Source: Antedon mediterranea (Eukaryota > Animalia > Echinodermata). From it: DNA of 64,000 nt. Below the pieces are notes generated by a model. It was not told where the DNA came from, made no database searches, and saw only the letters and a list, made by a program, of their open reading frames with translations. The stretch is from the NCBI RefSeq assembly GCF_964355755.1, contig NC_092680.1, positions 17,679,045 to 17,743,044 of the forward strand, given 5' to 3'. Shown here one piece after another: positions 13,654 through 24,982 of the stretch (position 1 is the first letter of the stretch; each line of letters opens with the position of its first letter). The translations under genes and the position numbers were made by a program.

Positions 13654-16581
13654 TCATGTACAGTACCAGATACCGACCAGATGATGTTCTGCTATGTCCC
13701 AATGCTTCTGTGCCAACAGTAAGCTACCTTGCTGCAGATAAAGATCACCAAGGCTATCCATAACTTCAATAAACAATTCATCTTTCTCATAGGCTATCTC
13801 TTCCATAATTTCCAAACAGTTTTGGAAGTAACTCAAAGCCTTGCTTAGTTCGCCTTGAATCATTTTAAGACGTGCAGCTTGAAAGAGTGACTCAAGCGTA
13901 TCCGGAACACTACCTAAAATATCATTTCTAATACGATATGCATGTTCAAAACTTGTCTGAGCTTGGCTGTAATCTCCCTGTTTCTTGTACACCAAACCTC
14001 GACAATGGTGGATATTTGAGATATCGATATGCATTCCACCCAGAGATGTTCTCATTTTTAATGCTTTATCCAGAAGTATGTGTGCTTTATCGTAATTACG
14101 GTCAACATTACATGTATAGTTTGCCACGTTTATCAGCGAATCTATGACGTCTGTGCATGGCTCGCGCTTAAAAAACGTCTTTAATTTTAATCCTAAATTC
14201 GCATGATCCAAAGCCTGTTTATGATTACCTATTTGATGATAGGATTCACTCATGTTGTTATAGATGCTTCCAATCGATGGGTGGCTCACCCAGAGGTTCT
14301 TTCGTATCTCTAGAGCTTGTTTGTGATAGTCTAGGGCAAGTCTTGGTTTCCCTGTAAAACAATTCATTAACTTTAAGTTAAAATAAGCAACTCCTCGTTT
14401 GAAATGCCATTAATGCAATGGACGCAGATATGGAGGAGCTTTCTCTGGGCCTACATGTCCCATAATAATAATAATAATAATAAAAAAATAATAATAATAA
14501 TAATAATACAGATTTCTATAGCGCACTTCGTCACCAATGGTGCTCAAGGCGCTTTTGATTGCATAGTATGAAATCACCCATGCCGTAATGTAAATAAGTT
14601 AGTCTTTTGGTATTGGTCATTGGATTCTTTTTGTGTATGAGAAAAAAAGTCTAAAAAAATCTATTCCATTCTGAATGTTGCATAACATATTTCCGTTTGG
14701 ATCCGCCACATACGATAATATAATTTGTAGGTTACAAACCAATTGCTGCATATGTTAGCCCTAAGCAAGATACAACAGATGCCATTGTACGTTGTCCTCC
14801 AGATATGTCGTTGACAAATCCAACCTGAAGACAGCGTTTTAACATTTGTTCAGCTTTCTTAAAGTTGCTGTACAAGAAATAATTTTTAAATAAATTATTC
14901 TCTACAATATATTGACCAAATACACCGGGCTCTCCTAAATATCACTCCTACCATGCCAAACCAAGCGTTAACAGTATAAAATTTAAATCATACGAATTAG
15001 TATTTAGAGAAAACTTCTTACCTTAGAGCTTCATCAAACTTTCCATTGACATAACGGCTAAATCCTATATGGTTAAAAAGCCATGCCAAATCAACACTGT
15101 CACCGAATGGCGATAAACATTCTAAAGCTCTCTTATTTTGTATATCTGCCAATTTGTAATTGGTCTGTGCATGACCCAACACTTGGCCGTATCCAGACAG
15201 CATCAAACCCAATTGTTTCTTCATTGAAAGACCGCGACTCTCCGCCGTTCGAACACACGCCGCATAAAACTCGATAGATTCCTTTCGCGGAAGGAAATTT
15301 ATTATCAGGTATTCTGCCTCGTATGCAATGTCAATAAAGAGTTTGTAATTTTCGGAGGGACTCAATGCAGCTTCTTCTAACATCTTCTGAATGTTTATCA
15401 TCTCCATCGAAAATAATGAGAGTTGTTTACACGATTCTTCTTCGACGACTGGTGCTATAGCCAGGAGCAGCTTCCCGTAAAAAAACACAATAACGATTTC
15501 GAAGACTAAGTAGCTGCTCTTTTGGAAGCGAAGACAATTCATCTGATAAATATTCACGCAAGAAATCATGGATATCAAAACGATCACACAAGACGTCCCT
15601 GGCAACGAGTGAACGAATTGCTAATGGAATAAGAACATTTTGTTTAGCAAGTGCTGGGTTGTTATCAGGCAATTCAAGAATGTGTGCTACCGCGTCAGCA
15701 TTAAATGACGACGGGATAACAGACAACTTGATGTACTCATTCTTTAATATACATCTTAACCTGTCGACTGACGATTTGATGACATGGTGAACTTGTTGTT
15801 CTTTGCAATAGTTGTTTTTGCTCATGGCCTCTAATCGATCTTTGTCCAACAAATCTACAAGTTCTTTTGGACAATATGAATCCGCATCTAGGAGGAGAGT
15901 TGCAGCAATTACCAAGGCAAGTGGGATTCCAGCACACAGTTCAGCGAGTGTTTCCTTCGTGTTAGCTGTAAAATCAATGTTTACCGTAATAGACGTCAAC
16001 AGGTCAATGGAGTCTTGGATGTCCAGTGGCTTTAAACGATGGTGATACACATTAGCGTGCATCGACAGAAACCTGTATTTAAACCTGGAGTTTATTAGAA
16101 GCAATACTTTGGAGGTATTGACAAGTCTTGTACAAAAGTCTACAAACCGAGTCTGCAACTCATTAGACGTATCAACAGACAAGTGTTCCGCCGAATCAAA
16201 TATCACTAGACAAGAACGACCAAGCCGCTTAAAATGTTTTATAAGTGCATTGTCAGAGCACATTGGAAGTCCTAAGGCAGCAGATAGCTTGACAAGGACT
16301 GTTCGGAAATCTGTTACACGCCTTAGTTCAATAAGATACGCATCCAGATGATAATGCGCTTGGTGACAATCGTTTACAAGCTGGTGCTTAATTTCTTTCG
16401 AAAGACGTGTTTTGCCAATCATTGGTTCTCCTGTGAGTAGCATAACCCGAATACTCTGTTTGAATTTTAGCTCAGGTTGTAAGCCAAGTACGGCATTCAT
16501 TAGTTTCTCTTTTAAATGTTTTAATTCCTTTTCCCGACCAATGAATCTGAACTCCTCATACGTTTCATATCCTCCTTCCAT
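13654..16581 (-). CDS. STAND NB-ARC ATPase + TPR-repeat protein (NLR-like, no N-terminal effector domain), with one frameshift as assembled
   Basis: Walker A GEPMIGKT, Walker B LVIFDSAE, sensor-1 INSR, GLPL-like LCAGIPLAL, MHD-like IHDFLREY, then TPRs. Exons 16581-15022, 14867-14740, 14351-13654. The frame breaks at a T7 run (15479-15485). Confidence 0.8.
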
Positions 16582-17508
16582 TTTGTTAAATCAGCATAAT
16601 CTGGAAAATCATTGTACATACAACTTAAACCAAATAGTAGGATAGTATGGAGAGACACGCCATTTTGGCGATAGTTGTCTTTGACAGCTTTCGTCTCTCC
16701 ACAGTGCTCACTTTGTATGTATCACTGAAAGGGGAAAAATAAATAGACAACATGCAAATGGAGAGGGTAGGGATCTATAAATGACATTGGCAAACTCAGA
16801 TATCTTTGTTTGCTTGTTTTAATTGTTTCTTCTCTGCACACATATTGAAATGATATAGTATCCCAGTTTACAAGAAAAACATCTAATAATATTAAGAAAC
16901 AGCAGCAGGAGGTTTAATTGCCATAAGCCGCAACAAGATACTTTAGATTATATTTGAAAGAAAGAAGATTAGAAAGAGATTTAAATGCTTAATAAATTCC
17001 ATAATTTTGGGTCATTGTAAACAATTTATTTTCTTCTCCTCATTACGTTCCATAGTAATAGCCTCTATAGCATATGGCTAAAAAGTAGTATAATAAATAT
17101 AGAGACAAGGGAGTCAAGAGAGCGCCAATCTCTCAATACAGAATTACAATTACAATCATAGGCTTCTATTAACTAATTCTACATAATAGGTACCGTAGGC
17201 CAACAATAATAATCGTTCAAATATCATTGCAAAAACCATAGAAGCACCTATTTTCCCCCCAAGTGTCCCGTCCCCTTAATAGGGGTTAGTATATCACCCG
17301 TGAAGGTGTCCTCTTATTAATGGGGGTGTCTTGTGAATAGGAGTGTTCCAAAGTAGGTGTTCTAAAGTATACACAATTTGCTCCAACCTAAATTGAAGTC
17401 CGGTACGGGAAAACAATTAGGCCTACTTGGCATGGCGGAAGCATCGCATAGTAAGTAACTTCGGATGTTCTTACATGGGTTGGGTGCTATATAGGCCTAA
17501 CTACTTAC

Positions 17509-18472
17509 AAAGGTTGTTTTGAATATTTGTACTGTATATATCATTGTTCTAAAACAGTCTGTTCCACTGAATTCACTCTGAACTCAAATTATTGCTCCAT
17601 CACCGAATAATTTATCCAATCCATGCTTCTTAAACTGAACAAAACGAACTGTTAGTATATATTAATCACGGTTGTTTTCCATCTTTACTTCCTGAACTAA
17701 AAACTGATTCGGTCGTTCGGTGAAATTGCCAGCGTCTTATTCTTGTTTTTGATATTCATATCAGCCAATCGGAGGCAACTTGTGTTGTAGCTCGTATACT
17801 ATTTTTCAATATGCCAAGAATGTATTAGTGTCCACGGAAGGCATATTAATTACCTATTTTACTGTAGGCCTATGCCCAATAACTATTACCGTAATAAGGG
17901 ATCTGATGGATGGGGACTATACAGTATATACACATATATCTCTTGATTTTCGATAATTTCGCAGATAAAAATGTTGCTTAAAGCTAATTAGGTACAGTTA
18001 TGAATTTTAAATATAATATTTGGTTAATTGTAGGCCTACATAAAAAAAATCAAATATTGTACATAGGCTAAATAAAAACATGGTCGAACAAAAGCAAACA
18101 CAATTTTTTTGAAGTTTTTTCAGAAGTTTTTTTGTATTGTCTTTGACATTCTGATGATACTCTAAAATGTTTTTTGGACAGGGACAATTCCCATCCAACT
18201 TTTTCCTCTTTAATTCTCACAGCAGAACCCACGCAATAATTTTTTATAGCTATAGGTTACTAAGATTTGACAGTTTTTTTGTTTTTTTGCGTGATAATTG
18301 GATTAAGATTGAAATGTCGCCCTCATCATTCACTCTAGTTCACGCATGCGCTTCTTGTATAAGAGCTAGTTGCTTAGCGCAGGTAAACTCCTCTCACACT
18401 TTGTAAACAATAAGTTCTGACCTGCTGGCTACATTTTTATTTTAAAACTCACTGTATATCAAACTGAATAGC
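17509..18472. promoter_or_regulatory. Putative bidirectional promoter and 5' UTR region between the NB-ARC-TPR gene and CFAP161
   Basis: Head-to-head genes, a candidate minus-strand donor GTAAGT at 17508, and CCAAT at about 17765. Confidence 0.4.
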
Positions 18473-21400
18473 ATGAGTGTAAGAACATATAATCCGTCGG
18501 TAAGAGTGGGAAACTGGAGTGAAGACATATGTCTTGAAGAGGTTTGTAAATTTGTTTGTAGGCCCTAGAACACGATCGGGTTTTTCTAGCTAGGCTAGTA
18601 GGCCTATCCTCTAGGCCCTAGCTAGGCAGGCTAGGTAGACCCAGCAGGGCCTAGCCTCTAGCTAGGCGCCCTCTAGCCAGCGCTCTCTCTGTAGGCCTAT
18701 ATTTAACCCTAGAGAGGCCTCTACTAGGCTATATAGGCCTAGTAAAGTAGCCAATGGTTTGTAAAATGAATTGTATATTGGCAATTGCTGGTTTGTGATT
18801 AAATTAATAATACAGTATTAATAAATATGAAATGAAATTGTCAATGACAAGTTGATAAACAATTGTCTTTTTGTTTTTGATCAAAATTGCTAATTCAGTT
18901 GTATGATAAAGTAAGTACAGAAAAATTAAATGTTTAAAGTTCTAATAAAAGAAAGGATGTTGTATGGTAATATAGCTATCTAGGCCCGGTAGTAACAGTA
19001 GGCCTAGGCATAGCTCTAAAAGCTAGGCCTACTAGACATTAATTTACTGTATTTATTTATTAGGTTCGTTTTATATTGCTCATGCTTAATATTAATGCTT
19101 GGAAAATGACAGGCGTATTTTGATTGATGCTTATGTATGTACAGTACAATAAAAAACACTTATTTACTTTTATAGAGACATTTCATTGTTGCTATTCTTC
19201 CAAAACCTTGAATCTACATTTTTTGGTGCAATTTAGTTATTATTGTGTTATACTATACTGTACAGGCATACAAATAATTATTGCTTATGAGTGCAATGGG
19301 GCAAATATTTTCATGAGATAAAAGATGAAAGGGTCATCTGTGCTTACTGTAGGAAATGAAAAACCAAAATCTTGTATAATTGTGGAATCTGATATTTTTT
19401 CAAATTTATTACATATTTACAAGCAATAAATACAATACACAAAAGACAAAGTATCGTATTACTATGTCTAGTAAAATTTTCTTTTGTCAATTTGATGTTT
19501 TGAAAGAATAACAACAATTTGAAGTTTTTTGGTATTACAGTAGTAAAATACACTTGCCAATTGTATGACCCACTATATTACCCCCAGGAGAGATGTGTTA
19601 AGGTTGCGTCATTTACAAATAATTATTGGCGCAGGGTGCTTCTAAAAACCTAAATGGTACGTCAATAAACAATGGTGTGTCAATGTCCGTCACTTTACCA
19701 CCCACCATATCATGAACAACATGGTACAATACGTCATTGTTCTTTAAAATGTATGCATTATGGTCACTTAAAGGTAAGTCACTTTTTTTAAGTTACTAAA
19801 GTAATATATGATGCACCTCTCCCCAGGTCGAATAGTGGGTCATACAATTGACAAATGCATTAACATTCTATCTTGTATACACTTTAATTTGATGCCAAAT
19901 GTGCTTTTCAACATTTTTGCATAGCTAAATCAATCAGTACTGTAATGCTTAAAATGCTAATACTACTAACAGTATTTTGTAAGTTGAACTCATTAATCAA
20001 TGTAGTCCACCAATCTAGTACCCATTTGAGACGAGTTAAGGATTACACCGGCGTACTAGTCCACACAGCCATTGTCACACACTGGCAACTAAACTGGTAC
20101 CCACACTGGTACCACAGCGCCTTTAGGAGCATGGTGTGGAGGGTGGTTGGATACCCAGTTGGTACTTAAAACAAAAAACTAACTACAAGGGCGTCGGTTA
20201 GGAGAACCAACAAGGGTCAACCCCACCATCCTGGAGAGGAGATATGGCTTATGCCTGTGTATCATATCATGATGAGTACTACTACTTTATCTCATCTGCT
20301 ACGCCCTACAATCCTCTAAATCATGGGACAACTAGAACTAGAGAATCAATGAGCCCTATTAATAGCTTTGGTGTCAAAAATAAAATGTTATTTAAGGGGG
20401 ATTGGGATGGTGGTAATATGGCTCTTTTGAGTCTTTATATCAACTTTGGGAAGAGTACATTGAAGGATTTTTGTTTTGTGTTTGTACTGTAATATAATAT
20501 AAATGATTAGTTTTCAATGTTGTAATTTTGGTGTTTTTTTTAGTATTTTACTGTATATATAGTAGAATGGTTTTATCTTTCTCAATGGCTACAGCACAGT
20601 TTAATAACATGTTTTCTTAATTACAATTGCCATGCTGTATCAAAAACAAATATTTGATATATTTTAATTTTTAGGATACACTGAAGGATCATTTAGAAAA
20701 GAGAGAACGAGGCGAACTGCTTATCCAGAAATCCTCCAGACTGTCAGAAACTATATTGAAACCAGTAAGTTTGTTTATATACAGTATCACCAAAATAAAA
20801 TTTTAAAAAATAGATCAATTAAACATCAAAAATATAGATTTACACTCATCTAAAGTTGGTTTAGATACAATTTGTTTATTAATAATATATTATTATATTT
20901 AGAATTTCCAATTTATCCTTTTTGCTATGTATAATAATTATTTGTTTTTAATGAAATGCCATTATTAATTTGTATACGTTTTTATTGTTGTAGGTTGAAC
21001 TATCAGTAACTTCTGATGGATTACTACATTTTGGCGATGTTGTCATGGTAATGAATGAAGCGCCACGCTTACAGGTTGCCACAAGCTTTGGCGACATGCC
21101 GCAAACCTCAAGTGCATTATCTGTAAACATGGCAGAGAGTAAAATACACGAAGCATTAAATTTTGAGGGTAATTGCAGCGTATCTGCCTCAAAGCTCTTA
21201 CAACCATGCGCACGAAATGCCTTTGTTATTTCACAAGTGTAAGCACCATTATCATCTTTTAATTATTTTAATTGTGTCAGGAGTACTATAATACAAAAAT
21301 ATATTTATAATGTCTCGTACACAAAGTAGTCACTATGATTTGATATCAGTGATAGATCCAGCAGACTAGATAAAATCTTCTCGAATAAGGACTATAAACC

Positions 21401-23125
21401 GAAAGTCCAGTGTAAACATCTATCTCCGGTACACTAAAGAACCCAGTACATGTTTCCAGATGAGTAGGGGGTTACCCCGGTTTAGACACACACACAACCA
21501 CTGTCGCACACATCCACTGGTCATAACTGGCTCATTGTGCAATGGGAACTGGACAGTTTTAGGTGTTTACCACCTGTTTGTCCCATCCTTCACTATGTTA
21601 TGTCTAGTTCTTCGGATGTACATCTTAGTGAGGAGTAAATAAAAGAAAACATAGCATCACTATGCGTAAAGATATATTATTATGAAGAACATAATGTTCA
21701 AGATACTGATATGTAATTTATTAAAATTTTTTCTTTTAACAGAAAAGGCGCCAATATTCCAACAGGATCACCATTAGTGTATAATCAACATTTCTATTTA
21801 CGTACATTACCAGGAGTTGGTGGTGATGTAAGTATAACAGGAATTAAATTACAATGCATTAGGTAATTGAACAATGAGTACATTGAAACAACCTATGTTG
21901 AAGAATTTTTGTTAAAATAAAGATATAACAAAGTAAAAAAAAAGAACTTTTCAGAAAAAATCAGCAGAGATGAATGAACGCCAGGCTTTTTATCTGGAGA
22001 TAGTGGGTTCAAGTCCCACCAGAGAATTTTTAATATTTTCGCCAAGAGTTCTCAATGTAATGAGCATCAGTCTAAAACCATCAAACTTTATGTGACAAAA
22101 AAATGTGATGTGTCCATATATGGACATAATGATGTCATATCACTATCATATTTAGGCACATTACAAACTAGTTGGATAGTTTAAGTGGTCTTTACAGTAT
22201 TGTAAATCAAACTGAATAGCATGAGTGTAAGAACATATAATAATTGTTTTTTAGTTGATTATGAAGAGTGATATTGCAACATTCCAGTCGTCTGCTAAGA
22301 AATCTCGTAAGCAATTGCTGGAGTTTAGTGAAGATGATTCCTCGTACATAGGAGAATGGAGGATTCTTTGCTTTAACCCACAATTAAGAATGGAGACCGA
22401 GGGTTTACCAGTACAGGTAAATACAAAAATAAGTAACATTTATAAAGTGCTGTGATACCGTAAACAGCCTGAAATACCCAAAAGAATTAATGGTAAAAAA
22501 ATGCATTTGGTTCTTTAAAAATGCACACAAGCCAAGTGTCCTTCTGAGAAAATTGTTCTACCACCAGAACTATGGCCGAGGTAGCCAATATCTGGCTTTA
22601 ATCTTTTAACAACTCAGCCACTAAAATCTCCTAGAAAAATTGTATACACACCATACAAAACACTACAAAATAGATTTTGGAAGTGACTTGAATTGCTTGA
22701 GAGATTTACACTGACTGACAGAATAAAATACATTACTTTTCTTTCACAGGCAAATCAAAAGATAATTTTCAATCATTGTAAGACAAATCAAGATCTTTGT
22801 GTCATTTCAAATAAAATTGTTAGGTAAGGCTATGTTTTAATTTTTAATATTTTTGCACACGACATGTCATACTTGAGCTAGTTACGAGCAAATCCAAAAT
22901 GCTGCGGGTTCTTGAAATCATGTCTCATTGACATTATTTTTAATAATGAATTTTTCATGTTTTATATCTAGAACTGCCTTTGGAGTAGACTACGAAGCAG
23001 TGGCATACACTGACCTTGATTCACATAAAGCGGAAAAACCCAATAACCATTGGATTATGGTAACTGGTTCACCCAGTGAGCCGAGGACACCAGCTCAAAT
23101 CCTGAAAGTCGGTGAAACACAGTAG
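18473..23125 (+). CDS. CFAP161: Cilia- and flagella-associated protein 161
   Basis: N-terminus MSVRTYNPSVRVGNWSEDICLEE. Exons 18473-18541, 20675-20764, 20994-21238, 21743-21827, 22255-22416, 22750-22823 (NHCKTNQ), 22972-23125 (HKAEKPNNHW). GT-AG introns with consistent phases. Confidence 0.88.
19548..19860. mobile_element. PIF/Harbinger-like MITE, family B (degraded copy)
   Basis: TIR CACTTG(C/T)CAATTGTATGACCCACTAT, same family as 54664-55001. Confidence 0.75.
21370..21490 (+). mobile_element. Deu-domain SINE fragment
   Basis: TCTTCTCGAATAAGGACTATAAACCG..TAAAGAACCCAGTACA..GAGTAGGGGGTTACCCCGG, matching the copy at 38.7 kb. Confidence 0.65.
21960..22025 (+). mobile_element. tRNA-derived SINE head or tRNA pseudogene fragment
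   Basis: B-box GGGTTCAAGTCCC with a T-arm stem and a degenerate anticodon arm; no full cloverleaf. Confidence 0.4.
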
Positions 23126-23620
23126 AGGGCAGTCTTAATATAGAATATTTAATAATAAAATTTTAGTAATTAAAACATTCTGATTGAATGACCAGATAAA
23201 AACTTATTTATGAAAAGCGATTTGGTTATCTTTTTATTGTTTTAATCGTATGGGATCTGAATGAGGACTCATGGCACCTATATAGTAAAAATCAGGCTAG
23301 CTAAATCCTAGCTTTCTTTTGTTGGGGGAGAATAATCCCACCATCAGCCGCCACCACTTTCACAACGCTTATTCTGTTTCACTACTTTTTTTGGAAAATA
23401 AGTTGGGTTATAATTAATGCTGTTGCAAAAGGTTTATATTTTGCAGTTATACCCTTTAATAGGAGGAAATGTATATGAACAATTACAGTGATGTAACATG
23501 TTTAGGCAAGCTTAAAATGTTTTAGTACCATTCCAATTGACATACACATTATTTACAGTCACTTTGCACATGCTCGACTAAATAATTAAGCTTTAAAGAT
23601 GAAATATGTTCCATGCTGTC

Positions 23621-24290
23621 TACCTTTAAACTAGGCTTTGCTTTACACAACTTTAGTGTGTACACAGTAGGTTGTATACCTTTATACAAGGCTTTGCCTT
23701 ACACAACTTTAGTGTGTACACAGTAGGTTGTATACCTTTATACAAGGCTTTGCTTAACATAACTTTAGTGTGTACACAGTAGGTTGTATACCTTTATACA
23801 AGGCTTTGCTTTACACAACTTTAGTGTGTACACAGTAGGTTGTATACCTTTATACAAGGCTTTGCTTTACACAACTTTAGTGTGTACACAGTAGGTTGTA
23901 TACCTTTATACAAGGCTTTGCTTTACATAACCTTAGTGTGTACACAGTAGGTTGTAAACCTTTAAACAGGGCTTTGCCTTACACAACTTTAGTGTATACA
24001 CAGTAGGTTGTATACCTTTATACAAGGCTTTGCTTTACACAACTTTAGTGTGTACACAGTAGGTTGTATACCGTTAAACAGGGCTTTGCCTTACACAACT
24101 TTAGTGTGTACACAGTAGGTTGTATACCGTTAAACAGGGCTTTGCCTTAAACAACTTTAGTGTGTACACAGTAGGTTGTATACCGTTAAACAGAGCTTTG
24201 CCTTACACAACGTTAGTGTGTACACAGTAGGTAGTATACTATTATACCTTTATACAAGGCTTTGCTTCACATAACTTTAGTCTGTACACA
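23621..24290. repeat. 56-bp minisatellite, about 12 copies
   Basis: Unit GGCTTTGCTTTACACAACTTTAGTGTGTACACAGTAGGTTGTATACCTTTATACAA, period 56 (23690 to 23746). Confidence 0.95.
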
Positions 24291-24982
24291 TTCAGTCTTC
24301 TACTTTTATACTCATGGTTCATTTGCAAAATGAAAAAAAAATTCTCCCCAAAAAGTAAATGTTGTTACTCTTCCATTTGGACCTCCCCAAGCTATTCCAT
24401 ATTTTCACCAAAGACCAGCTAAGCAACAATATTCTTTCTAGTTCTTGAATAGAAAAATTGTAAATATTGTACCATGTAATTATTGTAGTATTGTGGTAAA
24501 TAAAATCAATTATACTGTATTGTGGAATATAGTTCTACAGTATATATATTGTCTCAGTTGTACATAATTTTTTCTCAACCATCTAATTTTAATATTCATC
24601 AAAGTTAGGCCAAATAACTTGACTAAACAGGTGTTAAATTTTCAAAGCCCATGTAAGTTAAATTTTTTCGAATCACACATTCAAAAACATGTCTAGAACT
24701 CCCACAGAGTCCATTAATAAATCATTATAAGTATAACATCTTTTCACAAATAATTTTATATATAATGCTACTTACGTTTTTAAAAACAAAATATACATAA
24801 TTAATTCTGTAGGTGATATTGATTTCATGTACATATTAAACAAAACAAAAAATTAATGTGCCATTAATATCGTTTTATAAATTTATTGATTCATCCCAGA
24901 ATGTTATATACAGAAATTTTGCTTTCTGTTAAAATTCATGTAAAAGTACCATTTAATTTTTACTGCTCTGTAGGCCACTGTC

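Noticed and set aside
15479-15485. Canonical -1 programmed ribosomal frameshift at U_UUU_UUA
   Set aside because: The downstream TPR ORF is in the +1/-2 frame, not -1.
13654-16581. Bacterial Avs-type defence gene or contamination
   Set aside because: The gene has GT-AG introns, host-like composition, and is embedded among animal genes.
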